Shown in pieces: positions 52,480 to 61,507 of a stretch of 64,000 nt of DNA; position 1 is the stretch's first letter; each line of letters opens with the position of its first letter. Origin of the DNA: an uncultured Acidobacteriota bacterium (GTDB lineage: Bacteria > Acidobacteriota > Vicinamibacteria > Vicinamibacterales > UBA2999); the NCBI GenBank assembly GCA_963827515.1, contig CAWHBF010000029.1, forward strand, positions 336,092-400,091, written 5' to 3'. The notes under the pieces were generated by a model, which saw nothing but the letters and a program-made list of their open reading frames with translations, was not told where the DNA came from and did not search any database. Made by a program: the position numbers and the translations under genes.

Positions 52480-53913
52480 CTACGCGAGGACGACCGCAGC
52501 GAGGCCGAGAAACAAGAAGAATCCCATGCCGTCGGTAATGAAGGTCAGCAACACGCTCGATCCATGCGCCGGGTCGCGTCCGGAGGTGTGCAGGCCAAGC
52601 GGAATCGCGACGCCCGCTATCGCTGCCACCATGAGGTTCAGCACCACAGCGGCCGTCATGACTGCGCCAAGGGCGACACTGGCGTAGAGGGCCATGGCGG
52701 CGACGCCGACCAACAATCCCCATAGCAGGCCGTTCATGAGACTCACCAGCAGCTCCTTGCGCAGCAGTTGCCTGGCCTGGCCGGGCTGCATCCGATCGGT
52801 GGCCAGAGCCCGGATCACCAGCGCCATTGTCTGATTCCCGGTGTTGCCCCCGATGCTCGCGACGATTGGCATCAACGCGGCGAGCGAGGCGAGCTGACGA
52901 ATAGTGCCCTCGAACTGGCCAATGACCCGCGACGCGACGAACGCCGTCACGAGGTTGATCGCGAGCCAGGGCCAGCGGTTACGGGCGCTGTCCCATGGTG
53001 TGGCGAAGATGTCTTCCTCTCCGCTGAGCCCGGCACGCTTGAGGGCGCGAAGGTCTGATTCATTGCGGACGAAGTCCATCACAGCGTCGACCGTCAGCCG
53101 ACCGACCAACTTGCCCCGGTCGTCCACGACAGGGGCCGACACCAGGTCGTAACGCTCGAACGCGCGGGCGGCATCGCTGACCTTCTCGTCCGGAGTGAAC
53201 GTCACTGCCTCTTCGTCGAACGCGCCGATTACCGGCGCGTCCGGCTCGGATAGCAGGAGGGCTTGCAGCGGAATCGTGCCTCGGAGGACGTGACGGGAAT
53301 CCACGACGAAGACCCGGTCGGTTTGCGGCGGTAGTTCGGCTCGGGCCCGCAGCTCGGCCAGAACCTGTTGGATGACCTGGCCGTCCCGGACCGTCACCCA
53401 CTCGTGCGTCATGTAGTGGCCCACGCAGTCGTCCGGGTATGAGATGACTCTCTCGAAAACCGTGCGATCGCGCGAGTCGAGCGCCTGCGTGACTTCCTGC
53501 ACGACGTCCGGCGGCAGCACCTCCGAGATGCTGGCGAGGTCCTCCGGGTCGAGCGCCGCGACCGCGGTGACGAGATCGGCGCGCGGCAAGGCATCGACGA
53601 GCGCTTCCCGCACCGCGTCGGAGACCTCGACGAGCACCAATCCGGCCTTGTCGCGATCGACCTGTTGCCAGACGGTCAGGCGCTCTCCGACAGGCAGCGC
53701 CTCGAGCACGTGCGCGATGTCAGCCATGTGCATCGTGCGGAGGCGCTTGTGCAGCTCCGTCAGATTCTGACGGTTCTGCAATTGCTCAACGAGGTCCTGC
53801 CGGCGCCCCTCCTGCCGATGGGTCAGCGCGGTGAGCACGCGGTGCCGCTCCAGCAGCCGCGTGATCTCCGCCAGACTCTCCTGCAGCCGCGCCTCCGAAC
53901 GCGTGGTAGTCAT
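52480..53913 (-). CDS. mgtE: magnesium transporter MgtE
   Basis: ATG at 53913 inside ORF 52480-54291. N-domain, CBS pair and C-terminal TM domain (PWLAINLVTAFVASRVIGQFE, ALMPIVASIGGNTGNQ, GRDPAHGSSVLLTFITD). Confidence 0.9.
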   Translation of the reverse strand: MTTTRSEARLQESLAEITRLLERHRVLTALTHRQEGRRQDLVEQLQNRQNLTELHKRLRTMHMADIAHVLEALPVGERLTVWQQVDRDKAGLVLVEVSDAVREALVDALPRADLVTAVAALDPEDLASISEVLPPDVVQEVTQALDSRDRTVFERVISYPDDCVGHYMTHEWVTVRDGQVIQQVLAELRARAELPPQTDRVFVVDSRHVLRGTIPLQALLLSEPDAPVIGAFDEEAVTFTPDEKVSDAARAFERYDLVSAPVVDDRGKLVGRLTVDAVMDFVRNESDLRALKRAGLSGEEDIFATPWDSARNRWPWLAINLVTAFVASRVIGQFEGTIRQLASLAALMPIVASIGGNTGNQTMALVIRALATDRMQPGQARQLLRKELLVSLMNGLLWGLLVGVAAMALYASVALGAVMTAAVVLNLMVAAIAGVAIPLGLHTSGRDPAHGSSVLLTFITDGMGFFLFLGLAAVVLA

Positions 53914-53979
53914 GTGGCATCGTACCGTCAACGACGGCCAGCCGCACCCTAGCGAAACCAGCCGCCGGAACCGAAAGGT

Positions 53980-55104
53980 ATGGGGATGGCTTGCCCCTCG
54001 ACCCCAGATCTGCTCACGGCGCTCCTTGACTCCGGCAAAGGCATCAGCGATCTGGTGCTTTCTCCTGGCCGCCCTCCGCAGGCGGAGCAGTACGGCGAGC
54101 TCGTGGAATTTCCGCTTCCCGATGTACCGGTCCTGCGGCCCGCGGACACCGAGCGGATTGCGCTCGATCTGATCGGCGACAACGACTATCTGAAGCGCAC
54201 GCTGAAGGAGGAGGGTGCTTGCGACCTTTCCTACTCCTTGCCCGACCGCGCTCGCTTCCGGGTGAATGTCTTCCGCCAGCGCAACACCCACGCGGTCATC
54301 ATGCGGGTCATTGCACCGGGGATCCCGAGCATCGAGGATCTGTGCCTTCCGCCGGTGTTCGGGGCGATGGCCGAACTGAAGAACGGCATCGTACTGGTCA
54401 CTGGGCCTACCGGCTCAGGGAAGTCATCGACGCTGGCGGCGATCATCGACCGCATCAATTCCACTCGCGCCGATCACATCCTCACCATCGAGGATCCGAT
54501 TGAGTTCCTGCACAGACACAAGAAGGGCACGGTGCACCAGCGTGAGCTGCACACCGACACACCGTCGTTCGCAGCGGCGCTTCGGTCAGCGCTCCGGCAG
54601 GCGCCCAAGGTGATTCTGGTAGGCGAGATGCGCGATCGAGAAACGATCGAAATCGCATTGACGGCAGCCGAGACCGGACACCTGGTCTTTTCGACCCTCC
54701 ATACGATTGATGCCTCGAAGACGGTTGATCGTATCGTGGGCTCGTTCGAGCAGGGCGATCAACAAGCCGTTCGATCGAGGCTTGCCGCGTCGTTCCGGTA
54801 CATCCTGTCGCAGCGCCTGGTGCCGAAGACGTTGGGCGGCCGGATCGCCGTTATCGAGGTGCTGAAGTCGACCCTGAGGACACAGGAGTACATGGAGGAA
54901 GGCGGACAGGAGGGAAAGACACTCCTCGACGCGATGAAGGACGGCGAGCTCGACGGGATGCAGCACTTCGATGGTGAACTCGAAAAGCTCGTGCGGGCGG
55001 ACGTGATCACGTTGAAGACCGCGTACCTCTACGCGACCAACCCGGGTAACCTGCGGATTCAGTTGTCCGACCTACCCCACGAAACCTCGCCGTTCACTGC
55101 CTGA
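53980..55104 (+). CDS. pilT: type IV pilus retraction ATPase PilT-like (orphan; no other pilus genes nearby)
   Basis: 374-aa ORF. Walker A GPTGSGKSSTLAAIIDRIN, ILTIEDPIEF, ILVGEMRDRETI, GHLVFSTLHT. Confidence 0.85.
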   Translation: MGMACPSTPDLLTALLDSGKGISDLVLSPGRPPQAEQYGELVEFPLPDVPVLRPADTERIALDLIGDNDYLKRTLKEEGACDLSYSLPDRARFRVNVFRQRNTHAVIMRVIAPGIPSIEDLCLPPVFGAMAELKNGIVLVTGPTGSGKSSTLAAIIDRINSTRADHILTIEDPIEFLHRHKKGTVHQRELHTDTPSFAAALRSALRQAPKVILVGEMRDRETIEIALTAAETGHLVFSTLHTIDASKTVDRIVGSFEQGDQQAVRSRLAASFRYILSQRLVPKTLGGRIAVIEVLKSTLRTQEYMEEGGQEGKTLLDAMKDGELDGMQHFDGELEKLVRADVITLKTAYLYATNPGNLRIQLSDLPHETSPFTA

Positions 55105-56409
55105 CGCCGCGAGCCGGACCCGCTGACCGAGCGTCACCAGCGTCCGCTCGATGGATTCACGCGCCACGCGTTCGATGAGAGGCCGGACCACGGTGCGCGT
55201 GCCCCACGGCAGCCCGCGGCTCAGGGTCAGCGACTCCAACTCCACAATCACGCCGCCCGGCACCGCTTCGTAGCGCCAATACGAGTTCATTCGCCAGAGG
55301 AATCCACGATCGTCGTCCGGACCGCGCTCACGCTCGGACGGTAGACCGACATCATCGACCTCAGCGATCCTCGTCGCACGACTACGACTGCTCGCGCGCG
55401 CGGACGAGTGCCTGCGGTACCGAACGTCGTGTTCGGTGTTGTAACCGACGGACACGAGGCTCTGACGCTGCAGCTTCAGAAAGAGACGCAGACCATCGGC
55501 GTGACGTGACAAGACGCGTGTCTCCAGTACGTCCTCTTGTCGAATCGACCGGGGTCCCGTCGGATCGCTCACGTTCGACATCAAGGCCCCGAGCGTGGCG
55601 CCTGGAATGAACACGTATCCACGCCAGTGGTGGATCATGCCCTCGGGAACATCGATGCTCCCAGCCTCCGCCCCTTCGGACGCGACCGGCTCGATCAGCA
55701 GCTGTCCGCTCTGCAGTCGGCTTCGCTCCCTTTCTCGTCGACCTGTTTCGAAATCCATCGCGAGGAAGCGACGTCCATCGGCAAGTTCGGCATCGATACG
55801 CCGCTCGGTCATCGCCACGTAGCGGTTCCAGGCTACGAGGGTGTCTGCTGGAGGACCCGCGAAGACGGGTCCCGCGGTTGCCAACAACACACCCGCCGCG
55901 ACGACGGCGGGTACGCGGCACGCTCGTGATGCGGCGGGACGTCCGGCCAGAGAAGTCGGGTCCGTTGACGGCTCGGAGCTTGCCCGAAATACCCACCTGT
56001 CTGCCGCGCGAAAGTTCACGATGGCCAGAATGGCCACGGCAGCGAGATTGGCCGGAAGCACCGGCCATCCCAGCGCCTCGACGAACAGTGACATCAGGAC
56101 GACGTTGCCCACGATCGACACCAGCGCGGTCGTCGTATGGAATCGGGCTGCACGCGTCATGCGGCTCCCGGCCCCTTTCGGCAGCCGCCAGGTCCATCGC
56201 TCGTGCCACACAAAGTTGTGGAGCACCGCTGCTTCGACCGCCAGAATGGCGGCGATGCGATAGTCCAGCGAGGTGAGTCGTGTCAGTCGTTCGAGAACGA
56301 ACGCTTGCACCACGAAGCCTCCGAGGCCGACGAGAGCGAAACGTCCGACTTTCGACCGTAACTGGAGGACTCGGTCCTGTCGAGGCATGGTTTCTCCTAT
56401 CGGCCCCAC
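55072..56409 (-). CDS. GtrA-family membrane domain fused to a ~300-aa uncharacterised C-terminal domain
   Basis: 445-aa ORF. The N-terminal ~140 aa are GtrA-like (RFALVGLGGFVVQAFVL, HNFVWHERWTW, four TM helices). An extra TM helix follows, then a soluble domain (GMIHHWRGYVFIPGATL ... FLWRMNSYWRYEAVPGGVIVELESL). Its 3' end overlaps the pilT 3' end by 33 nt (convergent). Confidence 0.65.
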   Translation of the reverse strand: MGPIGETMPRQDRVLQLRSKVGRFALVGLGGFVVQAFVLERLTRLTSLDYRIAAILAVEAAVLHNFVWHERWTWRLPKGAGSRMTRAARFHTTTALVSIVGNVVLMSLFVEALGWPVLPANLAAVAILAIVNFRAADRWVFRASSEPSTDPTSLAGRPAASRACRVPAVVAAGVLLATAGPVFAGPPADTLVAWNRYVAMTERRIDAELADGRRFLAMDFETGRRERERSRLQSGQLLIEPVASEGAEAGSIDVPEGMIHHWRGYVFIPGATLGALMSNVSDPTGPRSIRQEDVLETRVLSRHADGLRLFLKLQRQSLVSVGYNTEHDVRYRRHSSARASSRSRATRIAEVDDVGLPSERERGPDDDRGFLWRMNSYWRYEAVPGGVIVELESLTLSRGLPWGTRTVVRPLIERVARESIERTLVTLGQRVRLAASGSERRGFVG

Positions 56410-56488
56410 GAAGCCCGCGAAGCGGACAGGGGTCGTCTACTAGGAGATGCGCAAGCCGAGATGAAAATGGCTCACGCCGGGGCGGAGC

Positions 56489-58049
56489 CTACCCCTGGCC
56501 GCGGCCGGCCAGGCTCTTGAGCGCCCTGTCCACTGCGTCGCGCAAAGATCCCGGGCTGTTCGCAAGGCCGACTCTGAGTGCCTGGAGCGAGTCTCGAGCC
56601 TCCGTCACGTTGCCCGCCTCGGCCTGAAGGCGCGCGGTGTAGTACTGCATCTGGAGCAATCGGGACTCTGCGCTTCTCGCGGTACTCGTCAAAGGCCCAT
56701 CGCAGGGTTAGCAGGTGCTCGGTTGGCGGCAGTACCGCGAGGAGCGCGCGTGACGTCAGGGCGCCGTTGTCGCTCAGCGCGAAGTAGTAGATGCTCCAGG
56801 CGTCGCTCACGTCGCGCGATCGAAGGGGCTCGTTGCGCCGGCGCATTTCATCGATCACACGAATCGTTTCCAGCCGGTTCTCGACGCTGCCCACGTTTCG
56901 AAGAGCCGATAGCTGCAGTCCCCGTACAACGTCCGTTGCGCGTCCGGAATCGATCGCCGTGCGAAAGAGACGTCGCGCCTGCTCGAGATCGTCGGGACGA
57001 TCGTCGTACGAGATCGTCCAGTGTCCGAGCATCGCGTTGGCATAGGGGTTCGCGGGATCGACGGCCAAGGCCTTGCGATAGGTCGCGGGCGGGTCGAGGG
57101 TTCGCTCACCGTCGCGCCAGCGCAGGTACGTGGCCCAACCGAGGTGTGCCAGGAGATCGCCCTGCCGTGGGCCGCTCGCAAACGGCGCCGCACGGTCGAG
57201 GACCGCGAGCGGTGTTTTCATCGCGTCGGCGAATCGCTGGCCGCTCTCAACCGAGAGCCCTCGGATCCATTGCATCGCGACGTCTTCTTCGAGCGTCTTC
57301 GCGCGCGACGTGTCGGCGTCAAGCAAAACCGCTCGTTCGAGCGTCGTCAGGGCGTCCGACAACTGCCCTCGCTCTCGCTGCGCATCCGCCACACGTACCA
57401 GGTCATCCACGTCCTGCTGGCGGGCTATTCGAGTCACCTCCGCCTGCTCGGCGGCCCGCGCTGTTGCATCTGCGGCCGCAGTGGACTGTTGCCAGCGCCA
57501 CCCCATGAAGACCACGGCGAGTAACGCCACAAGGGCGATCGCCGCGACGACGGGACGGCTCAGCGTAGGGTTTGTGCGTTTCAACTCGAGCAGAGGAGCG
57601 ATCGCATCGGCGAGACGTTGTGTGTCGGCGCTGAACTCTTCGTGCTGGATCGCCATCGCCTGGCGAGTAGCCAGTGGGCCAAGCACGTCAGGAAGTTCCG
57701 CCGCCGTCGGCATGGTGGCGTTCTGCACGAGGACGGGGATCAGTCTCGTACCCCGCTGGAGAGCGGTGACGATCTCTCGGCGAACGAAGTCGTCCGGAAC
57801 ATCGAGACGACGCCTGCCGTGTGCGTCGGCGGCTGTCAGCCATCGTCGACCGATGATCACGAGCACCACAGTGGTGCCAACGAGCGCGCGTTCGAGTTCG
57901 GTGGTGAAGTCGGTGCCTGGCGCGATCGTGTCGATGTCGATGAACACACGGTCCTGGCCGAATCGGCGGACGAGATGCTCTGCCAGCCGTCCCGCTTCAC
58001 CGGCCGTATCGTCCCGCCGATAGCTGAGGAAAATTCCTCCACCAACCAT
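56489..58049 (-). CDS. TIR domain - TM helix - TPR-like repeat protein; frame disruption at ~56670
   Basis: ORF 56472-58049. N-terminus GGIFLSYRRDDTAGEAGRLAEHLVRRFGQDRVFIDIDTIAPGTDF...VVLVIIGRRWL (TIR_2-type). TM helix VVAAIALVALLAVVFMGW. Helical repeat region. The C-terminus continues in ORF 56489-56692 (ESRLLQMQYYTARLQAEAGNVTEARDSLQAL...). Confidence 0.75.
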
Positions 58050-58211
58050 GCGCGCCTAGTGTAACTGCGGGGGTAGCAAGTTGGCAGAAGCACGGAATAT
58101 CCCATCTTTCGCGGCGGTACCAGAGTTGCTACGTGATTGATGTAGGAGGCAGCGGCAGCGATGTCCATCGCTGAGCCCGAGGACCGTGCCGTCACGTCGT
58201 CAAGGAGAGCC

Positions 58212-58760
58212 ATGATGCCCGTCATTCAGCGGATTGCCCCATGCCTGTGGTTCGAGCGACAGGCGGAGGAAGCTGCGCGGTTCTATATCTCCATCTTCAA
58301 GCACTCCAGAATCATCGCAGTCAGGCGCCACAGCGGCGCTGGATTCGAAACGAACAAGCTGTCCCCCGGTTCTGTGATGACCGTGGCATTCGAGTTGGAT
58401 GGACAGGCTTTCACGGCGCTCAACGGCGGTCCTGGTTTGACCTTCAACGAAGCGGTGTCGATGCAGGTGAACTGCGAGACGCAGGACGACATCGACTACT
58501 ACTGGCAGAAGCTGGCGAGAGGCGGAGACGCCAACGCGCAGCAGTGCGGCTGGCTCAAGGACAGGTATGGCCTGTCCTGGCAGATTGTTCCGACGGCATT
58601 GCCTGACATGTTGAAGGATCATCAGTCCCCTCAGGCGTGGCGTGTGATGGAGGCGCTCATGGGGATGAAGAAGATCGACATCGACCAACTCGAGCGCGCC
58701 TTCGCCGGTTCGCCGGTCGTGAGGGGATTCTCTCCATTGTCTGCGGAGGAGGAAGTATGA
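58212..58760 (+). CDS. VOC-superfamily protein (PhnB / 3-demethylubiquinone-9 3-methyltransferase-domain type)
   Basis: ATG at 58212 inside ORF 58161-58760. IAPCLWFERQAEEAARFYISIFKHSRI, FTALNGGP, CGWLKDRYGLSWQIVP. Confidence 0.8.
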   Translation: MMPVIQRIAPCLWFERQAEEAARFYISIFKHSRIIAVRRHSGAGFETNKLSPGSVMTVAFELDGQAFTALNGGPGLTFNEAVSMQVNCETQDDIDYYWQKLARGGDANAQQCGWLKDRYGLSWQIVPTALPDMLKDHQSPQAWRVMEALMGMKKIDIDQLERAFAGSPVVRGFSPLSAEEEV

Positions 58761-59266
58761 AGATGACGGAGTTTCTGCTGGCGGAAGTGAATCGCGAGGT
58801 CGAGCGCTCCCGCCGGGCGTTGGAGCAGGTCCCCGAGGGAATGTACGATTGGAAACCGCACGACAGATCGATGATCTTTGGCTATCTCACTGATATGGTC
58901 GCCACGATCCCGTCGTGGATCGCGATGGAGGTCACGCAGGACGAGCTGGACATCGCCCCAGCCGACGGCCCGACGATGAAGCGGGAAGCCAAGAAGACGA
59001 GCGCTGAGTTGATCGCTGCGCTCGACACGTCGGCAGCGGACGCGCGTGATGCCCTGAAGAAGACCACGGACGAGCACTTGGAGACTACGTGGCGTCTGAA
59101 GGCGCGCGGAGCCGTGGTGCAAGCCGCACCCCGCTACGAAATGATCCAGGACACCATCAATCACTGGACCCATCATCGTGGTCAGATGACCGTGTATCTA
59201 CGTCTGATGGGAGCGAAGGTTCCTTCGATCTACGGACCGTCGGCCGACGACAAGAGTTTTCGGTAG
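58757..59266 (+). CDS. DinB-family protein
   Basis: ATG at 58757 (ATGA overlap with the upstream stop). Four-helix pattern with INHWTHHRGQMTVYLRLMG. Confidence 0.7.
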   Translation: MKMTEFLLAEVNREVERSRRALEQVPEGMYDWKPHDRSMIFGYLTDMVATIPSWIAMEVTQDELDIAPADGPTMKREAKKTSAELIAALDTSAADARDALKKTTDEHLETTWRLKARGAVVQAAPRYEMIQDTINHWTHHRGQMTVYLRLMGAKVPSIYGPSADDKSFR

Positions 59267-59441
59267 CCTGCGATCTCGAGACGCCCGAATCCGGACAGGT
59301 CATGTACCGGAGCGGCGCTAGCCTGCTTCACGCCACCCAGCTAGCGTCTGTATACTTGGCCCCTCGATTTGCGTGACGCCCGGCCCGGCGAGGGGTCGAG
59401 GTTGGATCTACGCCGGCTCACTCATCCCGCCGAGGACTTTG

Positions 59442-60708
59442 ATGACCAACACCGTACGACTCCGCGCCTTGCTGCGAAGGCTGCTCCCGCTCGTCACCCT
59501 GTGCGTCGTCGCGCTCCACGTCGCCCTTGGCGCCCAAGGGGCTGCACCGAGGTACAGATTCGATCCCGACTGGCCGAAGGCGTTGCCGAACAAGTGGAAG
59601 CTTGGAGGAATTACCGGCCTCGCGGTCGACAAGGACGACAACGTCTGGGTGCTGAACCGCCCCGGCGATCTACGCGACCTCGAGCTCCGCGCCGAGCTGA
59701 ATCCGCCGACGGCCGCCTGTTGCGTCCGGCCACCGTCCATGATCCACATCGACAAGAACGGCAACGTCATCGGTTCGTTCGATCCTGGGACCGGTCACGG
59801 AATGGACGTGGACAGCAAGGGGTTCGTCTACGTCGGGACAGGACACGGTTCGCAAGTACGACCCCAAGAGCGGCAAGCAGGTCGCGATGGTAGCGCGAGT
59901 GCCAGAGGCGGACCCTGCTTCCGGCGGCGGCACCGCCGGACAGGCTCCCGGCTCCGGACCCGCACGTGTGCCGGGACGCGGGAGCGCCGGTCCTCTCGGC
60001 ACGTTTCCGGCGCCACCGGCGGCGGTCCGGACGCCGGCCGAGCAAGCAGCCCGAACGGCCGCCATCGCCGCCTACCGCGTGAAGTATCCCCCGAGCACTC
60101 CGATGATCGTAGGTGGCATCGAGGAGATCCGAATCGACGAACCTGCCAACGAGATGTACGTCGCGGACAACTACCTCGGGGGCCGCGTGATGGTGTTCGC
60201 GCTCGACACGCTCGCCTTCAAGCGCGGGTGGGGCGCGTACGGCCGCAAACTCTCTGAGGTGTCGACGAACGACGCGGATCGCGCTTATACGCCAGGCGGT
60301 CCGATGCCCAAAGAGTTTAGAGGCCACCTGACGCTCAATGTCTCCAACGACGGATTGGTCTATGCGGCCGATCGCAATGCGAATCGCATTCACGTCACGA
60401 AGAAGGACGGCACCTTCGTGAAGGAATTCATCCTCGCGCCAAACACCGGCGATGGCGGGTCCACCGGCGGCGTCGGGTTTTCACCCGACAAGGCGCAGCG
60501 GTTCCTCTACATTTCAGATCTGACGAACAACCACATCTGGTTCCTCAATCGCGAGGACGGGAAGGTCGTTGGCCAGATGGGCAGCATGGGCGAGAACGGC
60601 GGCCAGTGGTTCGGTCTTCACATGATTGCAGTGGACTCGACGGGGAACATCTATACGGGCGAGGTGTTCAACGGCGAGCGGGTGCAGCGTTTCGTGCCCA
60701 CGCGATGA
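59442..60708 (+). CDS. secreted beta-propeller (NHL/SMP-30-like repeat) protein; frame disruption at ~59845
   Basis: ATG at 59442 (MTNTVRLRALLRRLLPLVTLCVVALHVALGAQG). ORF 59373-60257 up to ...KGFVYVGTG joins ORF 59887-60708 (TVRKYDPKSGKQ..., MYVADNYLGGRVMVF, GLVYAADRNANRIHV, FLYISDLTNNHIWFL, GNIYTGEVFNGERVQRF). Confidence 0.6.
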
Positions 60709-61016
60709 TGCACCGTGGCTGGCGCTGACGGGCTCCTGGGCCCCTCGCGGAACGCCGTATTTAAAGCTCGTCCGGGCCGTCGCCGATAGATAGGTCCACA
60801 GGCGAGCCCGCAGAGTGCCGAAACGCGCAGAGAAAGGTCCGTCGGCGATCCGTCCCGGGGGGGCATCGGACACAGGGACAACCCTGGGTCTGGGCCCGGA
60901 TTTCGACCTGAATGCGCTAATGGTCGAGATCGATCTCGAGAAGCTCGTGCTCGATCTCGAAGTGTCCGATGACGTGGACAAGCCACTCGCCGCGCATGAC
61001 AAGCCACTTGCGGGGC

Positions 61017-61380
61017 ATGTGGTTCGCCGCGCATGTAGTCCAGCCGCCCGCGAACGACATCGACGTCCACGCGACTGAACGACGCTTTGCCGCCCGCCGT
61101 CTCGAGCTCGGAGATTGGCGACGATGTTCAGGTGAGCCTTCCTCGAGCGACGCGAACGGTGCTCGTGAATGTGTCCGACACCGGCGTCCTCATCGAAACC
61201 AACTGTCAGCTCTTCCCGGGTCGCACGACCGACGTCTTCGTGAAACTCCGCGGCGAGCGTCAGGCGCTCCGCGCGACGGTCGTGCGTTCGTTCTTGCATT
61301 CGCTCACGTCGGAAAAAGCGGTCTACAGGAGCGCTCTGCACTTCGAACGAATCATCGGGATTTCCCAGCTGTCCCAGTGA
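61017..61380 (+). CDS. PilZ-domain protein (c-di-GMP receptor type); probable frame disruption at ~61108
   Basis: ORF 61087-61380 carries VLVNVSDTGVLIET (D/NxSxxG). The RxxxR half (TERRFAARRLEL) lies about 20 aa upstream in the adjacent frame, starting from ATG 61017. Confidence 0.5.
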
Positions 61381-61415
61381 CACGATCTGCTCTCGTCGAT
61401 CGATTCCGCCGCACC

Positions 61416-61470
61416 TAGTCTGAGCGTTTTTCGATTCGGCGTAGGGCGGAGGCTTTAGCCTCCGCGGACA
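61416..61470 (-). repeat. dispersed repeat, partial copy C (first hairpin only)
   Basis: ctagtctgagcgtttttcgattcggcgtagggcggaggctttagcctccgcggaca. Same orientation as copy B. Lacks the gcgcacgc/gcgtgcgc hairpin. Lies between convergent genes. Confidence 0.7.
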
Positions 61471-61507
61471 AGCAGTTCGACGCGCCGTCCCCTCACCCTG
61501 CAAGACG

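Noticed and set aside
53980-55104. A type IV pilus or type II secretion gene cluster around pilT
   Set aside because: The neighbouring genes are mgtE and a GtrA-fusion gene. No pilB/pilC/pilM-Q/pilin genes are in the window, so PilT is treated as an orphan.
56489-58049. A canonical Thoeris (ThsA/ThsB) or other multi-gene TIR defence system
   Set aside because: No SIR2, Macro, SLOG, nuclease or cyclase partner gene lies within several kb. Only a single TIR-TM-TPR gene is present, so it is reported as a candidate rather than a known system.
60815-61078. 87-aa ORF upstream of the PilZ gene (MVEIDLEKLVLDLEVSDDVDK...)
   Set aside because: There is no motif support. It may be 5' leader, or part of a longer PilZ protein needing yet another frame change. 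The evidence is insufficient to call it.
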